30,255 nt of DNA. It comes from Candidatus Iainarchaeum sp. GTDB taxonomy: Archaea; Iainarchaeota; Iainarchaeia; Iainarchaeales; 0-14-0-20-34-12. The position numbers and the translations under genes are program-made. The DNA lies in assembly GCA_030649345.1 (NCBI GenBank), contig JAUSKK010000014.1, positions 1 through 30,255 of the forward strand, given 5' to 3'. Of this stretch, positions 13,727-21,520 are shown one piece after another. Position 1 is the stretch's first letter. Every line of letters starts with the position of its first letter. The notes beneath the pieces were generated by a model that ran no database searches, was not told where the DNA came from, and was given only the letters and a program-made list of their open reading frames with translations.

Positions 13727-15601
13727 TTATTCCATTATAATTATGATGGACTTGTTTTCTACACTGCCCAATGTTATTTGACCAGTTGCTGTAGGTCGCA
13801 ATGCTTTATTAACTTCTAAATCATATGTTTTTGTTTGACCTGCTCGAATGTTCAATGCGTTAAATACTACAATACCATTTGTATTTGTATTCATTTGCCC
13901 AACTTCTACTCCTGCGTTAAGCAATTTGACTGTTGCACCACTTATTACTGACCCTGTTGAATCTTCTACTGTAACTGTTAGCATAGCTTCTTGCGGGTTG
14001 GCTGCAGGTATTAAAGTAATTCCCATAACTCTGCTAGTATAATCGTCTCTCAATTCAATGGTTTGATTCAGATCATGGTATCCTGTTTTTGTTGTTTCAA
14101 TTCGAAATGTTTCAGCTTGATTGATTAGGACATCCACATTGTTAAAACTAGCAAATCCACCACTGTTTGTATTTTTTTGCTCAATTAATCGGTTTCCTTT
14201 ATACAATTGAACTATTGCATTTGAAATTGCACTTCTGTTTTTGTTTTCAATGATTGCAATAAATCTAGTTGTTCCAAATGCTGCTGGATCTGTTTGTAAT
14301 GTAAATTCAAAATTATTGGCTTGGCCAGCAATAACTGGAATGGGTACTGTGTTTGGTAAGTGTGCTTCTGCTTCAATTTCTAATTGGAATTGTTGAGTTG
14401 TTCCTTCTTCTTGTTGTATTGTAAATGTAACTTCTCCTTGTGCATTGGTTGTTTGTGGTGGTTGAACTTGTACTCCATTTGACTTTAAAGTAATTGTAGC
14501 TCCAGACAATGGGTCATTGGTATTAGCTGAAATAATTTTTGCCGTAATACTTGTGCTTACTTGTTGGCCTGGGCAGTCTTGTCTGCAAATAGCAGTTGTT
14601 TCTGGGGCAACACAAATATTGTCTCCGCATCTGGTTTGCAATGCAAGACTGGTTTCATTATTGCCTGCATTTAATTGAATTCCTGTATCTGCTTGATCAT
14701 ATCCTTCTAAATAATCTGGACTTTCCTGAACATTGGCTATGACTCCAACCGTTTGTCCAACTTCATATACAATATTTGTAAAAGTTACTTCTCCTTGTGC
14801 ATTGGTGATTTGACTTGGAGAAGGTCCTTGAGTTACAATAAATACTGGAACATTCGCTAAAGGAGTATTTTCTGTGTTGGTTATAGCGACTGTTAAATTG
14901 GCTGTTTGTACATTTGGATTTAAGGTCATATTCACAGTTTGAACATTTCCTCCATTATTGATTGGAACATTTTCAATAAAAGTATTGTATCCTGCTGCCT
15001 CTACTTTTAATGTATACGGTCCTTGGGTTACATTCAAATTTTGAAATACTGCTTGTCCTTGTGCATTGGTTGTTTGAGTAAAACTATTTTGTAAATTATT
15101 GTAAAACAAATAAGCTGTAGCGTTTGCTAAAGGCTGGCTTACATTGTTGCGGATACTGTTAACTGTAACTGTTAAGATAGCTCCATTTCCAGCTGGACAA
15201 TCTGCTGCACAACTTCCATTGCTTTCGCCTGGTTCACATACTCCATTTCCACAAACATCTGGAACAAAAGGTTGTTCAGGCCCTTGGACTGCGACACTTA
15301 CTCCTGTAACACATCTGCTGATTGTATCATCCCAAACACAATCGGAAACCCTATCTCCTGTATTGTCAGCTAATGCACTGGCGCAAGTTATTTGATCAAA
15401 TGGAGCGCAAAAAGCATCTAAGGCACGAGATTGAGCTAAAGGTTGAGTTTGTTGAGCCAAGCCGGCTAACAAGGTAACGACTACGGCTGCAATTAATACT
15501 GCTCCGCCAATTAATAATAAATATTCTAACGAGCCTTGGCTCTTTTTGATCAAACTTTTTGAAAAAGTTTGTGAACCTTGTGCTTTTTTTGAAAAATTCA
15601 T
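13727..15601 (-). CDS. Modular pilin: extended leader, class III signal peptide, 4-Cys module, CGxGxCE-type Cys motifs, and about five Ig-like (CarboxypepD_reg-like) repeats
   Basis: The N-terminus is MNFSKKAQGSQTFSKSLIKKS/QGSLEYLLLIGGAVLIAAVVV. Five ~85-aa repeats follow, each with a T(T/N)NAQGE/QxxF core. Confidence 0.8.
   Translation of the reverse strand: MNFSKKAQGSQTFSKSLIKKSQGSLEYLLLIGGAVLIAAVVVTLLAGLAQQTQPLAQSRALDAFCAPFDQITCASALADNTGDRVSDCVWDDTISRCVTGVSVAVQGPEQPFVPDVCGNGVCEPGESNGSCAADCPAGNGAILTVTVNSIRNNVSQPLANATAYLFYNNLQNSFTQTTNAQGQAVFQNLNVTQGPYTLKVEAAGYNTFIENVPINNGGNVQTVNMTLNPNVQTANLTVAITNTENTPLANVPVFIVTQGPSPSQITNAQGEVTFTNIVYEVGQTVGVIANVQESPDYLEGYDQADTGIQLNAGNNETSLALQTRCGDNICVAPETTAICRQDCPGQQVSTSITAKIISANTNDPLSGATITLKSNGVQVQPPQTTNAQGEVTFTIQQEEGTTQQFQLEIEAEAHLPNTVPIPVIAGQANNFEFTLQTDPAAFGTTRFIAIIENKNRSAISNAIVQLYKGNRLIEQKNTNSGGFASFNNVDVLINQAETFRIETTKTGYHDLNQTIELRDDYTSRVMGITLIPAANPQEAMLTVTVEDSTGSVISGATVKLLNAGVEVGQMNTNTNGIVVFNALNIRAGQTKTYDLEVNKALRPTATGQITLGSVENKSIIIIME
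15551..15571. repeat. Perfect palindrome CAAACTTTTT-G-AAAAAGTTTG inside the leader codons (QTFSKSL) of the 624-aa pilin gene
   Basis: Read directly. A paralogous copy lies at 19351-19371 and differs only at the central position. Confidence 0.7.
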
Positions 15602-15625
15602 GTTAATCTTTAAGACTAATCTGTT

Positions 15626-15631
15626 GTATAA
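15626..15631 (-). promoter_or_regulatory. TATA-like box (TTTATA on the minus strand) about 25-30 nt upstream of the 624-aa pilin ATG
   Basis: It sits in the 78-bp gap after the adhesin gene. The spacing would give a leaderless or near-leaderless transcript. This rests on position only. Confidence 0.25.
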
Positions 15632-15679
15632 AGTATAATTTACTTATTTATTAAGTTTTCCAATGGTTTGTGGGTAAAG

Positions 15680-18331
15680 TTATTTTTTGGCTTGTTTGTT
15701 ATTGGAGTAAATACTACCCAATACGGCTATAATACTTAAAGTAATTAGCAATTGATTGGTTTCATCCACAGATATGGGTGTGATTGAAGATTGTGTTTCG
15801 CAGTTTCCTCTAGGTTCAATGCAGGTAAGTCCTGAGTCGCATGTTTTTGGATTGGGCGCACATTGTCCTAAAGTTAAATCACATGTTTCAATTGTGCAAT
15901 TTAATCCATCTGCATTTAGGCATTCAGTATCATTTTGACAATTTTGTATTGGAATTACTGCGAATTCACAATTTCCATTTTGACACGTTTGGTTGCCTGG
16001 GCATGTTTTAGGCCCATATTGGCAAGAATTGTTAATGCATGTGCCCACTGTACATAAATCATCGCCTACATCCCAACAATCTTGATTTTGCTGGCATTCT
16101 AAGATTCCTAAATCGCGTTCGCAGAATCCACTTTCAATACTACAACTTTGTCCAGAAGGGCAAACTGTTTCTGTATAAAAACAGCCAACATCAGAGCATT
16201 CATCGGTTGTGCAAGGATTTCCGTCATCACAGTCTTCTGGAATCAAGCAAGTATTTCCATTATTGGGTGGCGGATTTCCTGGGCCTGCTGGTGTTCTTAA
16301 AGTTAAAGGAAATTTATCTGAACCTAAGCCATCAATAATATGCGGTGTTAGTGTATCTCCTACTGTATCAAAAGGTTCAGTGGTATCCATTCCTGTATAT
16401 ACATCGGCTGCTGTTCCCAGCCAAACATTTCCAAGATATTTATTTCCACCCAATACATTGGTTCGAGCAATAGGTTGAGCTTGACTGTAAAAATCAAATG
16501 CATGCAAATCTGCAGAATTGGTTACAGGCGGAGAATTTCCAGAATAACTTGCATTGGGATCACAGGTATCTGAAATTCGCATATTTTTTTTGCTATTTGA
16601 AAAATAATTGTTTTCCAAAAAGAAAGTATTTGTATTTCCTGCTCCAAAATTAGTGTATTCTTTAAGACATAATCCAATGGAGTTCAGTAAAAAATTGTTG
16701 TCCAAAACACCTGTGTTCCCACTAGGCGTTAAAAGTTCCAATCCAATGGGGTTGTTGGTAAATTCTATTCCTGTAATTCCTGTGTTTGTGCAGTTTTCAA
16801 TCAAAGCTCCTTTTTCAGTATTGTTTTTAATCTGAATTTTTTCAGTGGGCAGTCCATTGCCAATAGTCAAGTCTGTACAATTCATTGCATGCAATCCTAT
16901 TTTAGATAACTCAAAAGTATTGGATCCACTGATTCCTACATCATTGCTGTTTTCTATTTTCAATCCTGCATTCACTGCACCCCCACTTACGGTTGCGTTC
17001 ATGATTCTTGTTCCAGGTGAATTGATTAAGTGAATTCCAGTAAATCCAGCTAGAACGCGTACCCTGGTTTGTTCGAAAATATTTCCATTGGAATTAATTA
17101 CCATAATTCCAATTTCTTCAATATTGTTCAAGGTATTGTTTGTAAATGTATTTGCGTTTGAATTTACTATTCGCAGTCCTGTTTTAGTCCAAGTAATTGT
17201 ATTGCCTGTAATTGCAGAATTGTATGGGGAATTATTGATTGAAATTCCAGTTGCTGCATGATCAATTTGATTGTTTGAAACTTCAGTTCTTGTGGCATCA
17301 TTGATTAGAACAATTCCTGTTTGGGTAGTGTTTGAAATTGTATTTTCAGAAATTTTTGAATTAAAAGAACGGTCTATAAAAATTCCTGTAAAAAAACCAG
17401 CTATTCGATTATTGGATATTTCAAGAGTAGCTGAGGTTGTGTCCTGAATCCGGATTCCAATCGCGGTTGTTCCGCTGGATGGAGCTAAGGTATTGTTTCG
17501 AATTAAATTGTATGCGCCATTCGTGATAGTGTCTACAGAAATTCCTTGTGTCTTGCCTTGAATTGTATTGTTGTGAATATTAAAGTTTCGTGAATTTGTT
17601 TCTAGTCGAATAGCTGCCGATTCCGTTGATTGCACTTGATTATTTATAACTTCAATTCTGTCAGTATCTCTGGATAAAATTCCATATTTTTTTGTAGTGA
17701 CTATGCTGTCTTGAATATAGATATTGTTGGAGCCAGAATTAATAACAATTCCATGATTGTTTGAAGTAATATCACAGTTTTTTATGGTTACATTGTTTGA
17801 AGGAAAATGTATGCTGGGTGAACCAATACCCAAAGTATTTTTTCCTGTTTCAAGCTGACTTAGTTTGTGATTTTGACAATCCAAAGTTACGTTTTCTGCA
17901 TTTTGAAGCAGTAACATTTCCGGTGCATTGTTTCGTGTACCTGCCCTTTCACAATCTTCTCTAAGAATTAATGTAACATTTTCAAGTGGATTGGGAAGAT
18001 ATCCGCCGTATTGTTGTTGATTGGATATGTTATCGCAAGTAAGAACAAATTCTTGCCTTGTGTCATCGGTGTAACCATTAATGCAGTCTCCAGCATAACA
18101 AAAATAACCTCGGTTTTCTGCACAATCATTGTCTGTATCACAACAAGTACTGTCTTGCCCGCCATTGTATTGACAGCAAGCTAGTGAATATCTAGTGCCC
18201 ATAGGGTCTAAACATTTATTTCCATATCCATTGTCAATACATGTTTGATCGTTCGAACAATTTTCCCCCAATCCTTGAACTGGGCTGGCTAACAAAACAA
18301 GCAGAACTAGTGCAAAAAATAAAATCTTCAT
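15680..18331 (-). CDS. Large surface protein: Sec-type signal peptide, Cys-rich N-terminus, parallel beta-helix (PbH1-like) repeats, three 8-Cys modules and a C-terminal TM anchor
   Basis: The signal peptide is MKILFFALVLLVLLASPVQG. There are many ~22-aa repeats of the form NNxIxxxxxGIxLxxSxxNxI. The 8-Cys modules contain CDDGNPCTTDEC (Dictyostelium CTDC-repeat-like). The C-terminal anchor is LLITLSIIAVLGSIYSNNKQAKK. The protein is very rich in N-x-S/T sequons. Confidence 0.8.
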   Translation of the reverse strand: MKILFFALVLLVLLASPVQGLGENCSNDQTCIDNGYGNKCLDPMGTRYSLACCQYNGGQDSTCCDTDNDCAENRGYFCYAGDCINGYTDDTRQEFVLTCDNISNQQQYGGYLPNPLENVTLILREDCERAGTRNNAPEMLLLQNAENVTLDCQNHKLSQLETGKNTLGIGSPSIHFPSNNVTIKNCDITSNNHGIVINSGSNNIYIQDSIVTTKKYGILSRDTDRIEVINNQVQSTESAAIRLETNSRNFNIHNNTIQGKTQGISVDTITNGAYNLIRNNTLAPSSGTTAIGIRIQDTTSATLEISNNRIAGFFTGIFIDRSFNSKISENTISNTTQTGIVLINDATRTEVSNNQIDHAATGISINNSPYNSAITGNTITWTKTGLRIVNSNANTFTNNTLNNIEEIGIMVINSNGNIFEQTRVRVLAGFTGIHLINSPGTRIMNATVSGGAVNAGLKIENSNDVGISGSNTFELSKIGLHAMNCTDLTIGNGLPTEKIQIKNNTEKGALIENCTNTGITGIEFTNNPIGLELLTPSGNTGVLDNNFLLNSIGLCLKEYTNFGAGNTNTFFLENNYFSNSKKNMRISDTCDPNASYSGNSPPVTNSADLHAFDFYSQAQPIARTNVLGGNKYLGNVWLGTAADVYTGMDTTEPFDTVGDTLTPHIIDGLGSDKFPLTLRTPAGPGNPPPNNGNTCLIPEDCDDGNPCTTDECSDVGCFYTETVCPSGQSCSIESGFCERDLGILECQQNQDCWDVGDDLCTVGTCINNSCQYGPKTCPGNQTCQNGNCEFAVIPIQNCQNDTECLNADGLNCTIETCDLTLGQCAPNPKTCDSGLTCIEPRGNCETQSSITPISVDETNQLLITLSIIAVLGSIYSNNKQAKK

Positions 18332-18405
18332 AAGCTATTAACCTTGCTTTATTATTTTTTTATAATTAATATTTGTGTGAACTATTTTTTGCATTTACCA
18401 ATTTT

Positions 18406-19434
18406 TTATGGTGTAATGGTAATGCATTCTTCTGCTTGAGGACTATTCTCAATAAATGCACAAAAAGTTTCTGCTAAGCCTGCTCTGGGCATAATTTCTA
18501 AATCAATTGCTTCAACTGAAGTTGCTGGCACAGCTGGTGTTCCTGCAGGCACTGAAACATTTTGTTGAAATACAATTGAACCATCGCTGGTATGCCTAAT
18601 TCTTAAATTTCCGTTGACTATTTGTCCTTCCTGATTTTCTAAATGAACATCAATTGGAAAACTTCCATTGGCCATAGGATCTCCTGTGCTTTCCAGTGAA
18701 ACAATTCTTGGAAAAGCTGGCTCAGGATTTCCTGCTGGTTCAGCTGCTGGATTTCCAGGAATACAATCTTGAATTGTATTATCGTAAGTGCATTCAGAAA
18801 TATTATCTCCGTCAAAGTCTCCGTATTCTGTTTCACAATGTGATTCATCTAGTACTGCGCATAAATTGGAAATATTAAATACATTTCCTCTAGGCAAACA
18901 TTGGGTTTCAAAAAAATCATAAAAACAATCCAAGGAACCATCGGCTCGATCTTGAATCAAACATTGATTGCTGGAATTAATCGGTGGATTTTGGCAAATA
19001 TTTCCCTGTAAACAAGATACTCCTTCCCATCTGCAACGCAAATATTCATTTTCACATTGAGTTTGAATTAAATCAATACAATTCAAATTTGCAATTGGAA
19101 TACATTTTCCAATTCCTTGCGCATCTATTTGCCATGCACATTCTGTTTTGGTATTGCAAGTTCCTTGATCTTGAATTGGATTGCAGGTAATTTCAAATTG
19201 ACTGCTTAAATCTTGTCCGCGTTGCACGGCTTGAGTTTGTGCTGGAGCTAATATGCTTGTTTTCAAAATAAATGCAATCAAGATTGCTACCACAATGACT
19301 CCGGCAATTAGCAACAGAAACTCAGTAGAGCCTTGGGCTCTGTTTTTGATCAAACTTTTTGGAAAAGTTTGTGAGCCTTGGGCTTGTTTTTTGTTCAAAG
19401 TTTCCTGAAATTTTGTTTTATTTTTTTCCATCAT
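18406..19434 (-). CDS. Modular pilin: extended leader, class III signal peptide, four tandem 4-Cys modules and a C-terminal beta-rich domain
   Basis: The N-terminus is MMEKNKTKFQETLNKKQAQGSQTFPKSLIKNRA/QGSTEFLLLIAGVIVVAILIAFIL. Sixteen Cys fall in four groups (aa 84-224). Confidence 0.8.
   Translation of the reverse strand: MMEKNKTKFQETLNKKQAQGSQTFPKSLIKNRAQGSTEFLLLIAGVIVVAILIAFILKTSILAPAQTQAVQRGQDLSSQFEITCNPIQDQGTCNTKTECAWQIDAQGIGKCIPIANLNCIDLIQTQCENEYLRCRWEGVSCLQGNICQNPPINSSNQCLIQDRADGSLDCFYDFFETQCLPRGNVFNISNLCAVLDESHCETEYGDFDGDNISECTYDNTIQDCIPGNPAAEPAGNPEPAFPRIVSLESTGDPMANGSFPIDVHLENQEGQIVNGNLRIRHTSDGSIVFQQNVSVPAGTPAVPATSVEAIDLEIMPRAGLAETFCAFIENSPQAEECITITP
19351..19371. repeat. Palindrome CAAACTTTT-TGG-AAAAGTTTG inside the leader codons (QTFPKSL) of the 342-aa pilin gene, flanked by an exact 11-nt direct repeat
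   Basis: GAGCCTTGGGC occurs at 19328-19338 and again at 19373-19383. Each copy encodes (A)QGS. The palindrome lies between the two copies. Confidence 0.7.
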
Positions 19435-20363
19435 TAATGTCTACCCAATAGTAATCCTGCAATGGCTAAACTGGATGCATAATATATTAAAAAAGCGATT
19501 AATAAAAGAATCGGAATATACAAAACGCTTTTGACTGGTCTTCCTTCCCGCATGACTGCAATCATGGCAGAACAAGCCAAGACTTCAATAAAAATATAGC
19601 TTTGCAATAAATTTACAATAGTGTCCCTGGCATTTTTAGCTGTAGCAATTTGTTCTGCGGTTAATCTAATTCCTTGACTGGTGCTGATGATTAAAAAATC
19701 AATAATTGTGCTGACCAGTCCAAAAATAAATGGTGCAACAATAGCTCCAGCGGCAACTAAAAACAATACTTGCATTAAAGTTGTGGCTTTTCGTTCTTTG
19801 ACAATTTTATGAGTTTCTCGTACATCGTCTGCAATTTTATCCAAGACATCGCTTAAGCCGGCTCCGCTTTCAATAGAATCAATAATAATATTCACAGTTC
19901 GTTTCACCAAACGGCTGTTGACGTTTTCAGCAAATCCTTTTAATGCATTTTCTAAATTTTGGCCTTCTTCGAGTTTGCGTAAAATTTCGGTTGCTTCTTC
20001 TTGCAAGGGCGTGCGTTCCATGCTGGTGCTGATTTCTCGTAAAGCAAATTCAAATGTTCCTCCGGCTTTTAAAGTATCGCTGATTTGTTTGAATGCATTC
20101 GGCAAGTCTTCTTCAATGGAATTAATTCTTCGAACAGCACGAAAATAAGGATAGCCTAACATTAAGTCTAAAACCACAAACAATACAACCAATGCCATTA
20201 ATGGTGATATGGGTAATTTAGAAACTGTGATAACAAAATAGGCTGCTGTGCTGATAGCAATTCCTAAAAAAGCAGATAAAATAATCCATTGAACTGCAGA
20301 CACATTCCATTGAGCTTGTTTTAGCCAAGCTTGATATTCTTTTATAATATTCATAAACATCAT
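19434..20363 (-). CDS. Pilus platform protein with a single T2SSF domain (TadC/EpdK-like)
   Basis: It has an N-terminal TM pair, then a cytoplasmic T2SSF-like domain (DLPNAFKQISDTLKAGGTFEFALREI...GLSDVLDKIADDV), then C-terminal TM helices. It forms an ATGA overlap with the upstream gene. Confidence 0.75.
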   Translation of the reverse strand: MMFMNIIKEYQAWLKQAQWNVSAVQWIILSAFLGIAISTAAYFVITVSKLPISPLMALVVLFVVLDLMLGYPYFRAVRRINSIEEDLPNAFKQISDTLKAGGTFEFALREISTSMERTPLQEEATEILRKLEEGQNLENALKGFAENVNSRLVKRTVNIIIDSIESGAGLSDVLDKIADDVRETHKIVKERKATTLMQVLFLVAAGAIVAPFIFGLVSTIIDFLIISTSQGIRLTAEQIATAKNARDTIVNLLQSYIFIEVLACSAMIAVMREGRPVKSVLYIPILLLIAFLIYYASSLAIAGLLLGRH

Positions 20364-21490
20364 GTTTTGGGCTGAATGGACAAAATATATCCAAGTAATC
20401 CAATCAAAATAATAGGCATTACAATTAAATAAATTATTCCAATAACTGGTGGCGTAAACGGAATGGCATCAAATGAAACCAAGCCAGCGGACTGCAATGG
20501 CATGTTCCGAATGGCTCCCAAAATGCTTACAAATACCGGCAGTACAATGGCTACAAAAATAAAAATAACTCCAAAAAAATTCATTTTGGAAGAAAATGTC
20601 TGCAATTGAGTTCGTAAATCAAAACTAACTTCTTCTGCAATTTCATCCATGGCATCGCTTAAATTTCCTCCAGTTTTCAGAGAACGAACCATGTTTCCTA
20701 AAGCAGTTTTCAAAGATTTAGAATACGTGCGTTCAGACAAATTTTTTAAAGCAGTTTTGGTTTCAGTTCCTTCTTCGATTTCAATTATAGTTCTGGAAAA
20801 TTCCTGGCTTAATACACCGTAATCTGCAGATGCAATGGTTTGAAGTGTTCTGTAAAATCCAATGCCTGCTCTAAGTTCTGTGGCCATGTGTCTTAATGCA
20901 AAAGGCAGTTCGCGGTCAATGGAATTTGCCCGGCCCATGGCTCTGCGTTTTGGAATCAATAGCATTACAAATAATATAATAATAAACAAAAATAATCCAA
21001 TCAAAGGAATTAAAGTTATAGAAAACTTGGATGTTACAGTTAATATAATTCCAATAAATATTCCTAATAATAATCCGGTAATGGCTCCGGCTACCGATAA
21101 AGCAATCCATTGGGTTACTGAATATTTCATATTGGCGGCATTCAAATTAATATTTAGTTTTTGCACCAAACTTTTACTCATAATAGCTTTGCTGATGGGT
21201 TGGGTAATTCCTTTGAGTGTAAAAAAAAGTTTTCCAAAAAAACTAACCATTTTGTTTTCAGATGTTTTTAATTCTTCTACTTTTTGTACTTGCACTGTAG
21301 TTATTTGTTGTCCTTGTACTGCAGACTGGATGTTGCTAAATTTTTCTGAAACTCCAGATTCACCTTCTTGGAATCCTTGTTCTGCATATTTTTTTTGCAT
21401 GCGTTTAACAATTTCATCCACTTTGTCAAAGTCCAAACTTTCTGGAGATCCTTGTTTTTTTTGTAATCTGTCTAACAAACCCATACGCAT
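20360..21490 (-). CDS. Pilus platform protein with a single T2SSF domain (TadB/EpdJ-like) and a ~120-aa cytoplasmic N-terminal extension
   Basis: ELPFALRHMATELRAGIGFYRTLQTIA...GGNLSDAMDEIAEEV is flanked by TM helices. Confidence 0.75.
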   Translation of the reverse strand: MRMGLLDRLQKKQGSPESLDFDKVDEIVKRMQKKYAEQGFQEGESGVSEKFSNIQSAVQGQQITTVQVQKVEELKTSENKMVSFFGKLFFTLKGITQPISKAIMSKSLVQKLNINLNAANMKYSVTQWIALSVAGAITGLLLGIFIGIILTVTSKFSITLIPLIGLFLFIIILFVMLLIPKRRAMGRANSIDRELPFALRHMATELRAGIGFYRTLQTIASADYGVLSQEFSRTIIEIEEGTETKTALKNLSERTYSKSLKTALGNMVRSLKTGGNLSDAMDEIAEEVSFDLRTQLQTFSSKMNFFGVIFIFVAIVLPVFVSILGAIRNMPLQSAGLVSFDAIPFTPPVIGIIYLIVMPIILIGLLGYILSIQPKT

Positions 21491-21520
21491 TCCTCTATTT
21501 TAAATAATTTGCCGGCTGTT

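Noticed and set aside
13727-15601. Diversity-generating retroelement (template/variable repeat) as an explanation for the 20-nt identical strings in the 624-aa pilin gene
   Set aside because: The repeats coincide with the conserved TNAQGE core of tandem protein domains. No reverse transcriptase gene or adenine-specific mismatch pattern is visible in the window.
15667-15676. GTTTGTGGGT 10-mer shared between the MCM start region (8692-8701) and the adhesin-pilin intergenic gap, considered as a regulatory motif
   Set aside because: GTTTGTGG also occurs inside coding sequence (for example 14451-14458). The orientation relative to the downstream gene differs between the two sites. The evidence is insufficient.
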